A DNA stretch of 63,816 bases, the filler included, from Lenisia limosa (lineage: Eukaryota > Protista > Breviatea), in assembly GCA_001655205.1 (NCBI GenBank). It is 13 parts of 13 records of this genome, joined end to end, with 100 filler letters (N's around TTAATTAATTAA, not from the genome) between each part and the next. Parts side by side here need not be neighbours in the genome. Positions count along the whole stretch, not along the records: positions 37,239 to 49,555 come from LPNZ01005044.1; positions 49,656 to 51,291 come from LPNZ01006534.1; 11 more parts are not named here. One strand, given 5' to 3'. Both the position numbers and the translations under genes were made by a program. Within the stretch, counting starts at the first letter, position 1, and each line of letters starts with the position of its first letter. Of this stretch, positions 37,701 through 49,802 are shown one piece after another. The notes beneath the pieces are model-generated. The model was not told the origin of the DNA and did not search any database. It saw only the letters and a program-made list of their open reading frames with translations.

Positions 37701-39705
37701 CATGCTTCAAGTTTCCGCCTGTTGTTTTTTTGTTGGGTTCCTGTCTACTTCCATTCCTATGATTAGACCAATCACTGCTATTCTCAACATTTCTGATTCC
37801 CAACCTCTTGTTTACATAAACAGTTCAACGACATGAGGATTGAAATTGAGATTGCGCGCGAAGCTGAAGCGCGTGCGCGTCAAGATATGCAGAAACTTCT
37901 TTCTGCCTCCAGTGGGTATAGCCTTCATCTATTCTCATAAAAAAAAGCATTAGTGCAGATTCCATGAAATAAATTTGAATTTTCTCATATTCAACTTGTG
38001 AATTTCCAGGGACTCCAATCACCCCCGATTTTTCACATTGCAGGAGGGGCATTTGACATGATGCATTCCTCATACGTGGAGGGCGACTCCGAAAGTGAAA
38101 GTGATGTTCTTGCTCCTTTGCCCTTGGAACTCTCAGTATTGGGCCAGACCGTTAACAGTCTTGCAGCCAAGGACTACTCCACTGAGGACTCGGTCTATGC
38201 CCCAATTGGGGAGCTCACTGACCATGATGAAGACACTGAGGATGGCTCTTTCAATGTTGAAAGTCAAGGTGATAACTGGAACAATGGTGACGACAATAAC
38301 ATTGTCGTAAACAGTAGCGACGTTCAGAGTGACGGTGACGCTGACCATTCGCCATGCCTCTCGCCAGTCGTGCTTGCAACGCCCTTGTCAGACGCTGATC
38401 TTACCCCAGACGACTCACCCGTCACCCTATCCAAAAAGAAGAGTGAAGATGAGGAGCTTGATTCTGCAGTTGACAACGCTATTGAGAAGACAATAGATCA
38501 GGATGAGGTAAGCGTCGAAAAGGCCATTGGCAGTGACATTGAAGAGAAGACAGAAGAGAATGTAGACAAAGCAGAGAACGAAGAGAATGAACAGGAAGAG
38601 AAGGAAGAGAATAAAAACGAAGAGAAGCAGCCTGAAAATGTATCAGTTATTTCAACTTCTGTAAGTGAGAAAGTGATGGAAATTGCAAGTACTCATCATT
38701 TGTCTCAGTACAATGACAAGGATGAAGAGGTTGCTGCAAAGCTGCAGGAGTTGCAGGAAGCCATGGCCAAGTTTGAAGAGGAAAAGAAGAATATTGAAGA
38801 GCAGAGAAAAGAAATCGAAAACCTGAAGAGGAAAGAAGAGGAGGAACGAAATCAAGAGGAAAATAGGTTGAAGGTGGAGAGGGCTGCACTGGAGGAGGAT
38901 ATTTTACACCTTAACCTACGGAAGAAAGAGATTCAGGAAGACGAGAAGAAAGAAATTGAAGAAAAGAAGGAAATTGGAGAAGAGAAGCTAAAGGTTGTGG
39001 AAGAAAAGAAAGAAGACACGATTGAGGAAGAAAAGAAAGAAGAGAAGATAGAGATTGAGGAAGAAAAGAAAGAAGAAAAGATTGAGATTAAAAAAGAAAA
39101 GAAAGAAGGGAAGATAGAGATTGAGGAAGGAAATAAAGAAGAGAAGATAGAGATTGAGGAAGAAAAGAAAGAAGAAGATAGAAAGTTTCTCAAAGATTTA
39201 CCTATTGTTCAAGAGGAGAAGGTTGTTAGAATTGAGGAGAAGGTAGTTGAAGAAGAGTTAAATAATATGGAGATAACACAGACTGTTGAAGAAAGCATTG
39301 CTGATGCGAAAATAGAGGAAAGTAAACTAAATGAAGAAGTTACTGAAGAGAGCTCTGAAGCTACACACCTTGAAGATGGGGAATTCAGAAACCCTGAGCT
39401 GACTGCCACCCCACTCCCCATTTCCGCCAGTGACATAAGGGAGGATCATGTGGACGTAGCAAAAACACCGGTTCATTCAATACCGGTGTGTTACCCAACC
39501 ACTTGTTTTATTTCTTTGATATAAACATATAATTTTTGAGTTTCAAACTCCCACAGATTATAAAACTAAAAAACTGTATTCCTTTTCATTTTTGCCCTAT
39601 TGACCTTTTAACGATATTTAGCCGACTCCAGTGAAGACTATTATCAGTGAAAGTGGCGACATCGACACCCAGTATGGAGGCTTGGATGAAGCTTTTCAGA
39701 TGTAG
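28710..39705 (+). CDS. Kinesin-family motor protein, N-terminal motor, long coiled coil and acidic tail (P-loop exons lost in the upstream gap)
   Basis: SFIEIYNEQVRDLL; GLANRQTESTKANAVSSR; IQFVDLAG; INNSLSCL; YRDSKLTHLLKSSL..TYMIANINP; RYANSAKNMK; then more than 20 coiled-coil exons, large exon 38045-39486 and terminal PTPVKTIISESGDIDTQYGGLDEAFQM*. Confidence 0.9.
33663..33720 (-). repeat. Family D fragment running into a gap
   Basis: GTCAGCCAACAAAGTTTATTTGGGCCTTTTGTTTCATAATTTCCAATTT. Confidence 0.75.
34152..34249 (-). repeat. Family C element in kinesin intron
   Basis: GGAGGCACGCAGAAAGCTGTGTGCACGAGTTGTAAGGAAAATGATTGGGTGAATTAATAC. Confidence 0.85.
38995..39180 (+). repeat. Coding 33-bp repeat in kinesin tail
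   Basis: (IEEEKKEEKIE) x5-6 in frame. Confidence 0.85.
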
Positions 39706-40043
39706 ATATTGCCCGCCTTGTTAAAGTTTTATTCAAACTCAAAAGCTCTACATTTCCGTCTGAATCTGACATTTTAGCCCTCAAACTAATTTGGCGGTTC
39801 CTGCCTCCTTACTTCCCTACACCCAAGGCCTAACTTCTGGTGCAACCTTCGGTGGGATGTTTGAATTTCATGATTATCTGGAGAAGCTATTGTTATTGTT
39901 TTGATTTTTAGACCTTGATTATGTTGAAATGAGCAATGTTTATTTGAATGGAGTGTCGTTATGTTTTGTCATTATATATCGTGAATCAATAGGTTTGTTT
40001 CTTGAGTATGATTGAATAGAAATAAATGACCCTCATCTCTCAG

Positions 40044-40909
40044 ACGAATTCTTTAACTTTATGGAACGCGTGGAAAAAAGGTGAATTGGGGAGTTGATAT
40101 TAGATAACAGTAAATATCTCAAATAAATGTAAATTATTGATTATATAATCTCTTGTTTACACAATGCCATAACGGATCCTTCGATGTGATTTGTGAGCGC
40201 TCTTGAATTGGACCTTAACTGGTCTTAACTTCACCACACTTTTCAACAATACTTATCACAATATTTCCTATTTTACCTGACATTCTGCTTTTTTTACATC
40301 CTTCAGTTTGTTTTCCTCAACATTGTTGTCGATCAAGTTGTCCGAAGCTATGGGCGGAAGGTCTTGTAACATTGACTCATCTGCACTTTGGGATAAGGTG
40401 GAGGAGGGGGGGCAATGTACAGTGACTGCTGTAAGTCAAATCATATTCTTTTCTCCCACAGTCAGTGTATCTTGTTGTTCAATTGTTCAATTAACTGGCC
40501 TGTTGCCTGAATGAAACACAAAAAGATATCTCCAACGTTTTTCACAATTGTAGCTCCAAACTGATACAGCACCACCTCTCGACCAATGGCCCTTGTATAT
40601 CTCGGACTACATCTTCAACAGCGATACATTTAAGGCAAAATGGTTAAAGTGGGTTTGGTTCCGTCCCTGGAAATCATCCCTATAATATATGATATATGGT
40701 AAATAAATACTTTTCTGCATTTTCAATGAGTACCTCACAGTTGCAGGGATGAAGAAGCAAATCCACTTTCAGCAGTATCTGATAGTCCTTCAGTCAATGA
40801 AATTGAAACTGAAAGGTTTGCAAGTGCTTGGAACTCATTTATTGAGTTATTGAGAACGCTGACAGCTGACTCATATAGTGAGAAAATGCTTCTACCTCTT
40901 CAAGAATAA
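40044..40909 (+). CDS. Small hypothetical protein (5' end uncertain)
   Basis: Four phase-compatible exons: DEFFNFMERVEK/SLFSSTLLSIKLSEAMGG...WDK/LQTDTAPPLDQWPLYISDYIFNSDTFKAK/CCRDEEANPL...RFASAWNSFIELLRTL...QE*. Confidence 0.55.
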
Positions 40910-41063
40910 TCCCTTTTCCAACCTTCCATTATGGTCTTTTTGTTGTTTCCTTGTTTCTTATTTGTACTTTGATATTATTTACTTTGTTCTTCGAAAAAAC
41001 ATAGATAGTATATCAAAATAGAGAGAAAAAACAATAACCACAAACCATAACCATGTACCATAA

Positions 41064-44000
41064 TTAAACCTTTCTGTTGAGAATATTAATGTTCACAGGG
41101 AAGTCTTCCTTATGGGCATTTCTATCATGAATTGCCTTCATTTTCTTGCCTAAAAAGTAAATCACATGATATGGTAACAATTGAAGGGTGTGCAACTGTA
41201 AAGTTGCTTGCGAATCAAAATCTCCACTCAAGAAAAGTCACCTTTTCAGTTTCAAAGTTGACTAAGTCGTAACAACAGCAAGAGTCAAATATTCCCTTAG
41301 CATACCAACATCCTCGAGTTGAGCTCTGGCATTATCACTCAATGTAGAAGGAAGGTGGTCAGGGTACTGCAGGATGTGCGTGTAGAGCTCAACAAAGTCA
41401 TACTATGGGGTGTCAGGAGGAAGGTAATTGGAAGGATACTTCAAAGAGAAGGGAAAATTGAAAATACACAAATCATCCTAGTATTACACGATACTGAGAC
41501 CTGCCTTTCCCATTACTGGATGCATCAACAGGACACCCCCCCCCCCGCAAACAGAGANNNNNNNNNNNNNNNNNNNNNNNNNNNNNNNNNNNNNNNNNNN
41601 NNNNNNNNNNNNNNNNNNNNNNNNNNNNNNNNNNNNNNNNNNNNNNNNNNNNNNNNNNNNNNTAAGTTAAGAAAATCTGAGTAACCCAACGCAATTCATT
41701 CTCTTGTAGATTAGGGGGGGGGATTGCAACAAAGACGGATCAAGTTGATAGGAATCATTATGTATGATTGTAAAAGTAGCAAAATGAGAAGAGCTAAGTA
41801 GATGAAACAGCTAAATATTCCCTCAGGATATATCCACTTCATTATCTCTATTTCACCTTCACCCACCAGAGGTCAGCAGAAGGGGCAGCATCAAGGATTG
41901 ACTTGGACACCTGCGAAAGAAGTGAATACAATNNNNNNNNNNNNNNNNNNNNNNNNNNNNNNNNNNNNNNNNNNNNNNNNNNNNNNNNNNNNNNNNNNNN
42001 NNNNNNNNNNNNNNNNNNNNNNNNNNNNNNNNNNNNNNNNNNNNNNNNNNNNNNNNNNNNNNNNNNNNNNNNNNNNNNNNNNNNNNNNNNNNNNNNNNNN
42101 NNNNNNNNNNNNNNNNNNNNNNNNNNNNNACTTACGCCAAGAGCATGGCCAACAGTGAACACTTCACTCTTGTGCAAATCAGCAAGAAGCTGGACGTCAC
42201 ATACACCGTCACCTATAGAGAGTAAAGGGGCAATAAAGGACTAATAGATATAACATAGGGTTATCCCGGTTAAGTTGAATTATCATTTTAGCAAAGAGTC
42301 CTAACATTTAATAAGAAAAGTACACTTGTTTTCCTCAGGTTATAAGGAAAAGGAAATGGCCGCCTTGTTCATACCAGCTTTGCAGAAGTAGCGAAGATAG
42401 CCGTCTTCGTCTAAAGGATATTAGTAACCCGTCACATACAATACATGAAATGATTTGAGCATTGAAAACGAGTGGATTTGTATGTCATAAATGTATAAAG
42501 AAATGTGAAAAAAAAATTAGGTTGTATATGGCCGAAGCCGTCTAGCTATATGCTTATGTGAAAAACCACCATTGCTTCACATTTGGGATACACACATAAA
42601 CATGGAATCTATACTCTTGTAAAAGGAAAAAAAAACAGCAGGTGGGAAATACCATCAAACCGAAATTGCCAGTTCCCATTACAATGCACGGCTTGCCACT
42701 CTGCGAAGTAAAATGCGAAGTGAAGAAAATCTTTGGTGAATGAAGGAAGGAATAGAAGCAGAAGAGGGCGAAGGGCATATGATGTAAAATACGGGCACTC
42801 ACTCCCACTTGAGATGAACTGATACCCCTCCTCCCCCCAACCTGTGAAAGCAGTTGGGCAACATAGTAGCCGACAGGGGTGCGTTGGTAAGACCTCAACT
42901 GCCCCCTGGCGAACAGTTCTCCTTCAATTGCGGCCTGGGAGGGGGGGCGGAGTAAAATGGGGAAATGAAACAAAAAACCCCAAATCAACTCTGNNNNNNN
43001 NNNNNNNNNNNNNNNNNNNNNNNNNNNNNNNNNNNNNNNNNNNNNNNNNNNNNNNNNNNNNNNNNNNNNNNNNNNNNNNNNNNNNNNNNNNNNTGCCCTA
43101 ACAAAAACCCACAGCATCTTCAACGGCTTTGACAAGAAGGTCATTTATGTGGGTTTGATCAACTGTGATAACCTGCAGTGTGAGTTGGATCGGAATTGGA
43201 TATTTAGAGTTTCAGTGAAATGGAGCATAATAAAAAGCACTTTAAACAGGTAGCAATGGAAATAACGATTTCTTTATGCCAATGACAAATGCACCTGATT
43301 ATACACGAACCTTTGCGCCAAGAGCCTTTCCAACTTCGTAGGCTCGGTTTTGGATTTCTAAATAAGGTAAGTACAACAGAGTGATGAGGAGAATATCAAT
43401 AAATGGAATAATGGAAAATGCAAACTCTCACTTGCGGTCCCCCCCCCCCCNNNNNNNNNNNNNNNNNNNNNNNNNNNNNNNNNNNNNNNNNNNNNNNNNN
43501 NNNNNNNNNNNNNNNNNNNNNNNNNNNNNNNNNNNNNNNNNNNNNNNNNNNNNNATGGGAGATCCTTCCTGTGCTTCTGCCTTCTTCATAAGCGCTGGTG
43601 GTTGTTAGTTGAACTCTGAAAAATAGAAATGCCATGAAACAATTAAACAGTTTTGTTCAGCCGAGGACGACAACTTGATGGAAAGCCCTTTCTAACAACT
43701 AAATATAGCCACAACAAACACAAAATGATACACTATGAGATATGCCATATCCAGTACCCACAAACCAAGGCAAACTGCGGAGTCCACGCCACCGGATAAG
43801 TTGACAACACAAGCGCGAAGCCCTAATGCCGATTAAAAGTGACTTGATGGTATGTTGACTGAATATCTTGAGATTTATTGCCGCGTGATACTTGCCAATG
43901 CCAATTAACCTCTAACACTCTCTGGATGTCCAAAGTCGGCCATATGATCATGCTACTAGTGACCCACGCACAAGAGTAGCTATGCGTTATTCTATCATAA

Positions 44001-44270
44001 CATGGAAATGATGACAGAATTTTTTTCTTTCGCAGAACCCAACTAACCGCATTTCCTCATATACTCATTGAAAGCAGTAACCTTTTTTTCAATCCAATCA
44101 TCAACCTAAATGTATGAAAATACGTTTGTTGTCTTCTTTCATTTCATAAAATAGATTTCTGTCTCATCAATAATAAAAAGCACATGCAGAACCACCCTAC
44201 CAACTTTAAAGTCAGAATTCTCTCTGATTTGCTTCAGAAGCGCAACTAGCTCTTTATCCATTTGAATCAT
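41064..44270 (-). CDS. nadE: NH3-dependent-type (single-domain) NAD+ synthetase
   Basis: MDKELVALLKQIRE..VDDWIEKKVTAFNEYMRKCGLRACVVNLSGGVDSAVCL..EIQNRAYEV..FARGQLRSYQRTPVGYYVAQLLSQSGKPCIVMGTGNFDEDGYLRYFCKAGDGVCDVQLLADLHKSEVFTVGHALGV..SILDAAPSADLW..YDFVELYT..IHDRNAHK; SGGxDS, GDG and PSADLW motifs. Confidence 0.9.
42938..42993 (+). repeat. Family D fragment abutting a nadE acceptor
   Basis: CTG(42935-37)GGAGGGGGGGCGGAGTAAAATGGGGAAATGAAAC...CCCCAAATCAACTCTG. Confidence 0.85.
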
Positions 44271-44591
44271 CTAAATAGTTCACAATAAATGGGAGGAGCA
44301 AGGGCCAACTTTGTTTTTTAACAGGTGGATTCCTTGAGGTAAAATGGATAATTGAAAAAGAGTATGAACAATACTCAATTAAAAAACGAAGGGTCACAAG
44401 CACAAACAAGCAAACAACAACTGCAAGCAAAATGCATCTTCAGTCACGCCACGTACACGTGGGTATTTAAACCCCATTTATTCATTTCAAGAGGCGATTG
44501 TTTGAATTACTAGTGCTTGTATTATCGTTGAATTATATAATGATAGTATTGTTATAGTGTGGCGAATAATAACACCTTGTGACAGACCAAG

Positions 44592-47500
44592 ATGGAAGAC
44601 GATATTGGTGAGCTGAGACAATTGAGAACGTAAAATAACCTAAACAATGTAGATACGCTACTCTCCGACTATCAGAGACAGTCATCGAGGACAAACGCTC
44701 GTCGAACTCGTCGATCTTCAGTTTTGGAAGACTCTCTCACGGATCTCGATGACTTTTTAAACGCCTCTATGTCTCCAACTAACTCCCCGAAAGCCTCACC
44801 ACGAAACAGTTGGTCATCCGTTGGGATCATATCTCATCACGTCTCAGAGAAGGAGGAGATTAAGTCATCTCGCGGGTCTTCTTCATCACCAAGTACGAGC
44901 AGAAGGTAAGTCTGGGAACGGTTGGGCGATTATATGAAGCAAAAGGTAGAGATATTTTTTTTTTTTTGCTCTGACTTTTTATTTCTGTTCGTTTTATTGT
45001 TTTCCTTATCGTAACTATGTGACAGTTGCTGACTATTATTGCATGGAAAGCATCTGTCGGGTATCTTTGATACATGATTCAATATTCTTAGTCTTCATGA
45101 TTTAATTGGAATGCTTGTGTGGATTCCTTATAACAATTTGAACATTCTGGCGTTTTTGGCGGGAAGTTGGAACAGTTATTTTGACTGGTGTGGGCTTCAG
45201 CTGACCTTGATGACCTTAAGGTTATCTTTTTTCAGCATGTTTAATTAAAAGGCAATATGTTTCATACAGTAGTCCTTCAACTGACTTTTGTGATTCAACT
45301 TTATAACGAAAATCGAGCATAGATATTTTCACCATCCTAGGACACGGGGCAACTGGTCCGAGTCACGAAGCCCGTCCTACCGCGTGCCTAAGAAAGAGCC
45401 TTACGACTACACCAAAAGGGACTATGGCGAGAGAAACCCCTCACGCGATGCTGAACTAGAGGCCTTGGGAATCAAGACCCAGTCGTCACGCTGGTCATCG
45501 AGAATCGGTCTGGGGCCAACATTGCTGGTAATCTCAAGAGTTTTGGGGGGTTGATCCCAGAACTCAGAGTTTGTTTGCTGAAGCGAATCACTTTATCAGT
45601 TATTATGCGTGTGTTGTTCATCTTTTCAGGGGGTGCATCCAAACGCGGTACTGGAAGATCTCGTTGGATGATGGACGAAAGCGAAGCTGGTTTGCTACTG
45701 CAAGTTGCAACTTTCATGAATTACATCCAATTATTAAGTGCAGATAACTATCATTTTCTTTTGGTAGTCTTCACCACTTGTTTGAATTTGACCTATTCTT
45801 CTATTGACTGTCCAACCCCTCAGAAGAAGAGAAGCCATCCGCTGAACATGCTGAAATCAATGGCACAACAAGTTTCGAAGATAGTCTACAAGTCGGGGGG
45901 TTGAGGGTAAATTTTTTATTCTAAGCACCTAGGAACAACCTTTTACAACATGATAGGGTTATTTTTTGCGTATTCTTCCAGAAAGATACCACGTTGAATA
46001 CTACTCAATATATAATCATATGACAATATGATATTATGCTTATATAATGGTTTAGGTGAGCGCAGAGCCCGCTGAAACGAACAAACTGTTCCGAGTTTGA
46101 GGGTTTTCTTGGGCATCACTCAGGTCTCGGAAAGAAGGATGTTTTCAAATAATAAAGAGCGATATCATTTGGGTCACATGGCGTGTTGTATTTGCCCCTA
46201 TTGCTTTGAACATATTCAATACGCCCCAAATACCTTCACGTTCAAATCGAGTCTTCGAGACTACCTACAAATCACATTTTTAGGTTGAGGATTTTGAAGG
46301 AGCCAATGCTGCTGCTGATATCCTGAGAAGAAGGCAAGGTCAGAAGATGGGGACTATAGTCGCGGGAGGGGGGGGGTGAATGAAAGACTTTCAACATTAG
46401 TTTGAGTTAACTCATCGTTGTTTTGAGCAGTTATCCCACTTATCCTGCATAGCAGCCCCCATTGTGCCGGAAGATTCTCTGGCACTGTCAGCTGACGGGC
46501 CGTCTTTGGCCACTTTGGCTGCGCAAGAAAGCCAACAAAGCGAGCAGCAGAGGAGTGATCAAAAAAGTGAGTTTCTTCCCTTTCAGCTTGTCTCTAGATA
46601 CTAGTTTGTGAAATGTGAGTCTTTTCAAACTCTATTTTATATATCCCCCACAGGTGCAGCATCAGAGGAGTCTTCTTCTGAGACTTTTGAAGCAGACTCT
46701 CCCGTTGAAACAGTTCTTCCAAAAAAGTTGGTTATCCTGTTTGTAAATCCAACATGTTGATGATATGAGTGCGAGGCATAGAAGAATTTAGAATATCACT
46801 ATGCTCAATTTCATGAATTTGTTCTACCCCATACTGCTGTTTAGTTTTACCTTTAGTTTAACTTGATTTAGTCCCTCCTCAAGTGTGATATCCCATGCTG
46901 ATTACAGTTTGAGGGATGAGACATGAATACAGACACACATATGCATTCACTTTAGAAACTTGTACATCTCAAAATTAGATTATGTTTGTGAAATGCGGAA
47001 TCTTATACAGAGCAAGGAACAGTGTTAGTAGTATTCAATTGTCTATTTTTCAAAATATGGATTGTTACAATTTTCAAATATCAGTTTTTTAGAGGCTCGA
47101 AGTAGTGTCCAACTTACCCTACCTAGTGCCATCCTCCCCAGAATTCTCCACCTCATCCCCTGTTCGTCACCCCAGGTCCAACCTCAGGATATCCGCTTCC
47201 AGTCTTGACCAGTATGCCGGCCAAATGTTGCAGTAATTACTGCTTTTCTTATCTTCTTGCGAACGATGATTTCTACCAAGCTTGGTTTCATTTACTGATG
47301 CACCTTTTCACTTTGATAGTTCTGCCGCCATCCCAATCCCCTCCATCCTGTCCAGCATATCGGACGATTCCATTGGACTCAATAGGCGTGAGTGGAGGTA
47401 AAGTGTTCAATCTTCATTCAGCTTGTGTGTCTTCTGGTCTCAACATCAACTAAGCTCCCTACATACATATTTTCCGCATCCATCCCTGTCCTTGTCCTCA

Positions 47501-49346
47501 TTTTTATTATATTGCAGTTTCGACCATTGAAATTGGACGCCCGCCCTCGATACCAGGTAAGACTCCAGAATAACTTGAGGCTTTTCTGAGTCCATGGTGT
47601 TCGTTTTCCCATTATGTGATGGCGTATTGACACGATTAGAAAAACAAGAAACATCCAATCCGTTCCTATCAGCCGTTGACGTGAGGGGGGTCATCTTTTT
47701 GTCAAAACTCTGTGTAACGCCAAGTAGTTGGAATTACTCTTGTCTGATGCTCTTTTTCAAGCATTGTATGGCATCAAATACAATATGATATGTACACTCC
47801 AGATGTTTCACAGTCGCAGAGCCCGGTGGGAGACTCCGGAGAACCCTCAGTTGTCACTCCAGGACTGCCTCTTCCAGATATTGAGGTGGGTGGTGTTCAT
47901 ATAGGTGGGTGTGCTCCATACTATTGGTTACTTTGTAATTAAATGGCAAATAGTATTGAAGTGGGGGAGGGGTTACACGGTAGTGGCTTCCCAATGTAAA
48001 TGATGTGTTTAGCCAAGTCCGAAAGTGGATGTTTCTGAAGGCCCTGACCTCCTCATGTCTGGAGAGTTCACTGTTTGTGGGATAGTTTTGGACAATACGT
48101 AATTAGTACTTTTTTTTTTGTCCCGTCATACCATATTGCCCTATTGAGTGTTTTTTTCAAGTTATGAAGGTTTAATCCTCTTGAATTACCACTAGAGCAG
48201 AGAAGCTTGAACAATGATCAATTATTGGGGAATAGAGTTGTAATATTCTTTCAGCATAATCGAAATTATAGTGCTTCTTATCCTTTGAGGTAAGGACGAG
48301 TCCCCACTTATTGGACGCTTGTCCAGCCATGTTTTTTTTTTTTTTTTAATATCTCAAAGGGGATCCGAAAGAACCTTCCGATGAATACTGCATCAGCACC
48401 AAACAGGGTAAGTTGACTCTATCGAACATCACTTTATTCCCCATTGGTGCATTTGTCACTATTGCAGGAGTCTAGCTACCCTGACTTTATTGAGAAGAGC
48501 CACAGCCAGAAGGCAATGAGGAAAGATGGTTGGGGGGGGGGGGGGNNNNNNNNNNNNNNNNNNNNNNNNNNNNNNNNNNNNNNNNNNNNNNNNNNNNNNN
48601 NNNNNNNNNNNNNNNNNNNNNNNNNNNNNNNNNNNNNNNNTACTCTCTGTTTTTCTGAGCTTTTCAATTTATGTTTTCATGTGTGTCAAATATTGACCTG
48701 TTTCATAATACCATTTGATGATAATACCTAGAGCATGCCTCGATTGTAGGCCGATCGAACCAACCAATTCCCGTTGTTTTGTCTAACTATGCAGAGCCGC
48801 CGTCGCCGCCCTACATTGCTGAGTAAATGGGCTCAGTGGCGTGTCTTCTGGGGTTTTTCTAACGTGTATTAGGCTTTCTCATTCTGTAATACTGACAAGA
48901 AACAAGAAAACGTTTTAATCCGTTTTTTTAGTTTTTATGATACCTTCGACTTTGAAAGAGCCTACCCCTACCCCCTTATTTACCCCGTTAGATCAGTGGA
49001 GTTTAGCATAGCGCGTGCATTGAACACAACAGCCACTTCACCTAGACCTCGGTAAGCCATTGTGAACTACAACTAATTGAACGTATCGACATAGTATTAG
49101 CTGCTTTTCCAGCTTTTCCTTTTTCTCAAAGAGACCTTTGTTTTTTGTTTTTGTTTTTTTATCAAACGAATGTTCATGTTGAGGCTTACATTTTCCATTT
49201 TAATATGTGATAAAAGCACCACAAGCTTTTTTTTTTTATGTCAGAATTTACCCTATTTAGACAAACGAGTTCGCCCGACCTCCCAAGTAGACACAAAGTG
49301 ACACCACCTTCGTCGTTCCTCCAGAGACTCAATAACTCGGCACTTG
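44592..49346 (+). CDS. Low-complexity S/P/E-rich hypothetical protein (3' truncated by gap)
   Basis: About 18 GT-AG exons, e.g. RRSSVLEDSLTDLDDFLNASMSPTNSPKASPRNSW, EEEKPSAEHAEINGTTSFEDSLQ, QTSSPDLPSRHKVTPPSSFLQRLNNSAL; not all phases verified. Confidence 0.55.
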
Positions 49347-49802
49347 GTGAGCGTGGTAAATCACAATCAACAACAGTTTGCATTCCAATTTGCCACCATT
49401 TGGTGTGTTTAAAGGTCTCATAATTTCATGATTCACACCTCTTTTACCATAAGTTAACCTATTTTTTCTTATTTACTATAATATATAAACACCTGAGGCA
49501 ACTAACCTTCTTTGGGTGTTTTTTGATAAAAATTATCTGGTATAGCAGATTGATCNNNNNNNNNNNNNNNNNNNNNNNNNNNNNNNNNNNNNNNNNNNNT
49601 TAATTAATTAANNNNNNNNNNNNNNNNNNNNNNNNNNNNNNNNNNNNNNNNNNNNTAACGAAAATGATTTATAAAACAAAAAAAGAGAACTTTTTGGCTC
49701 AACATTTGAGAAACCCATTGCAAACTGCAAAATAAATAAAGTAACTTCTGCATCTCAAATTGGGCGGATGGCTCATAATAATAATAAAAAAAAGGTAATA
49801 TA

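Noticed and set aside
37998-39524. 508-aa ORF as a stand-alone gene
   Set aside because: It has an acceptor at 38044 and a donor at 39486, and is in phase with flanking kinesin exons.
26848-39705. Apparent SPT2-kinesin fusion or adjacency
   Set aside because: The two are separated by a linker gap (28351-28470). SPT lacks its PLP-lysine half and the kinesin lacks its P-loop, so the gap must hide kilobases.
43818-43826. nadE acceptor TAG|GGCTTC matches the first 9 nt of the MITE TIR
   Set aside because: The coding sequence on the exon side (GLRACVV) is conserved NadE sequence, so the match is most likely chance.
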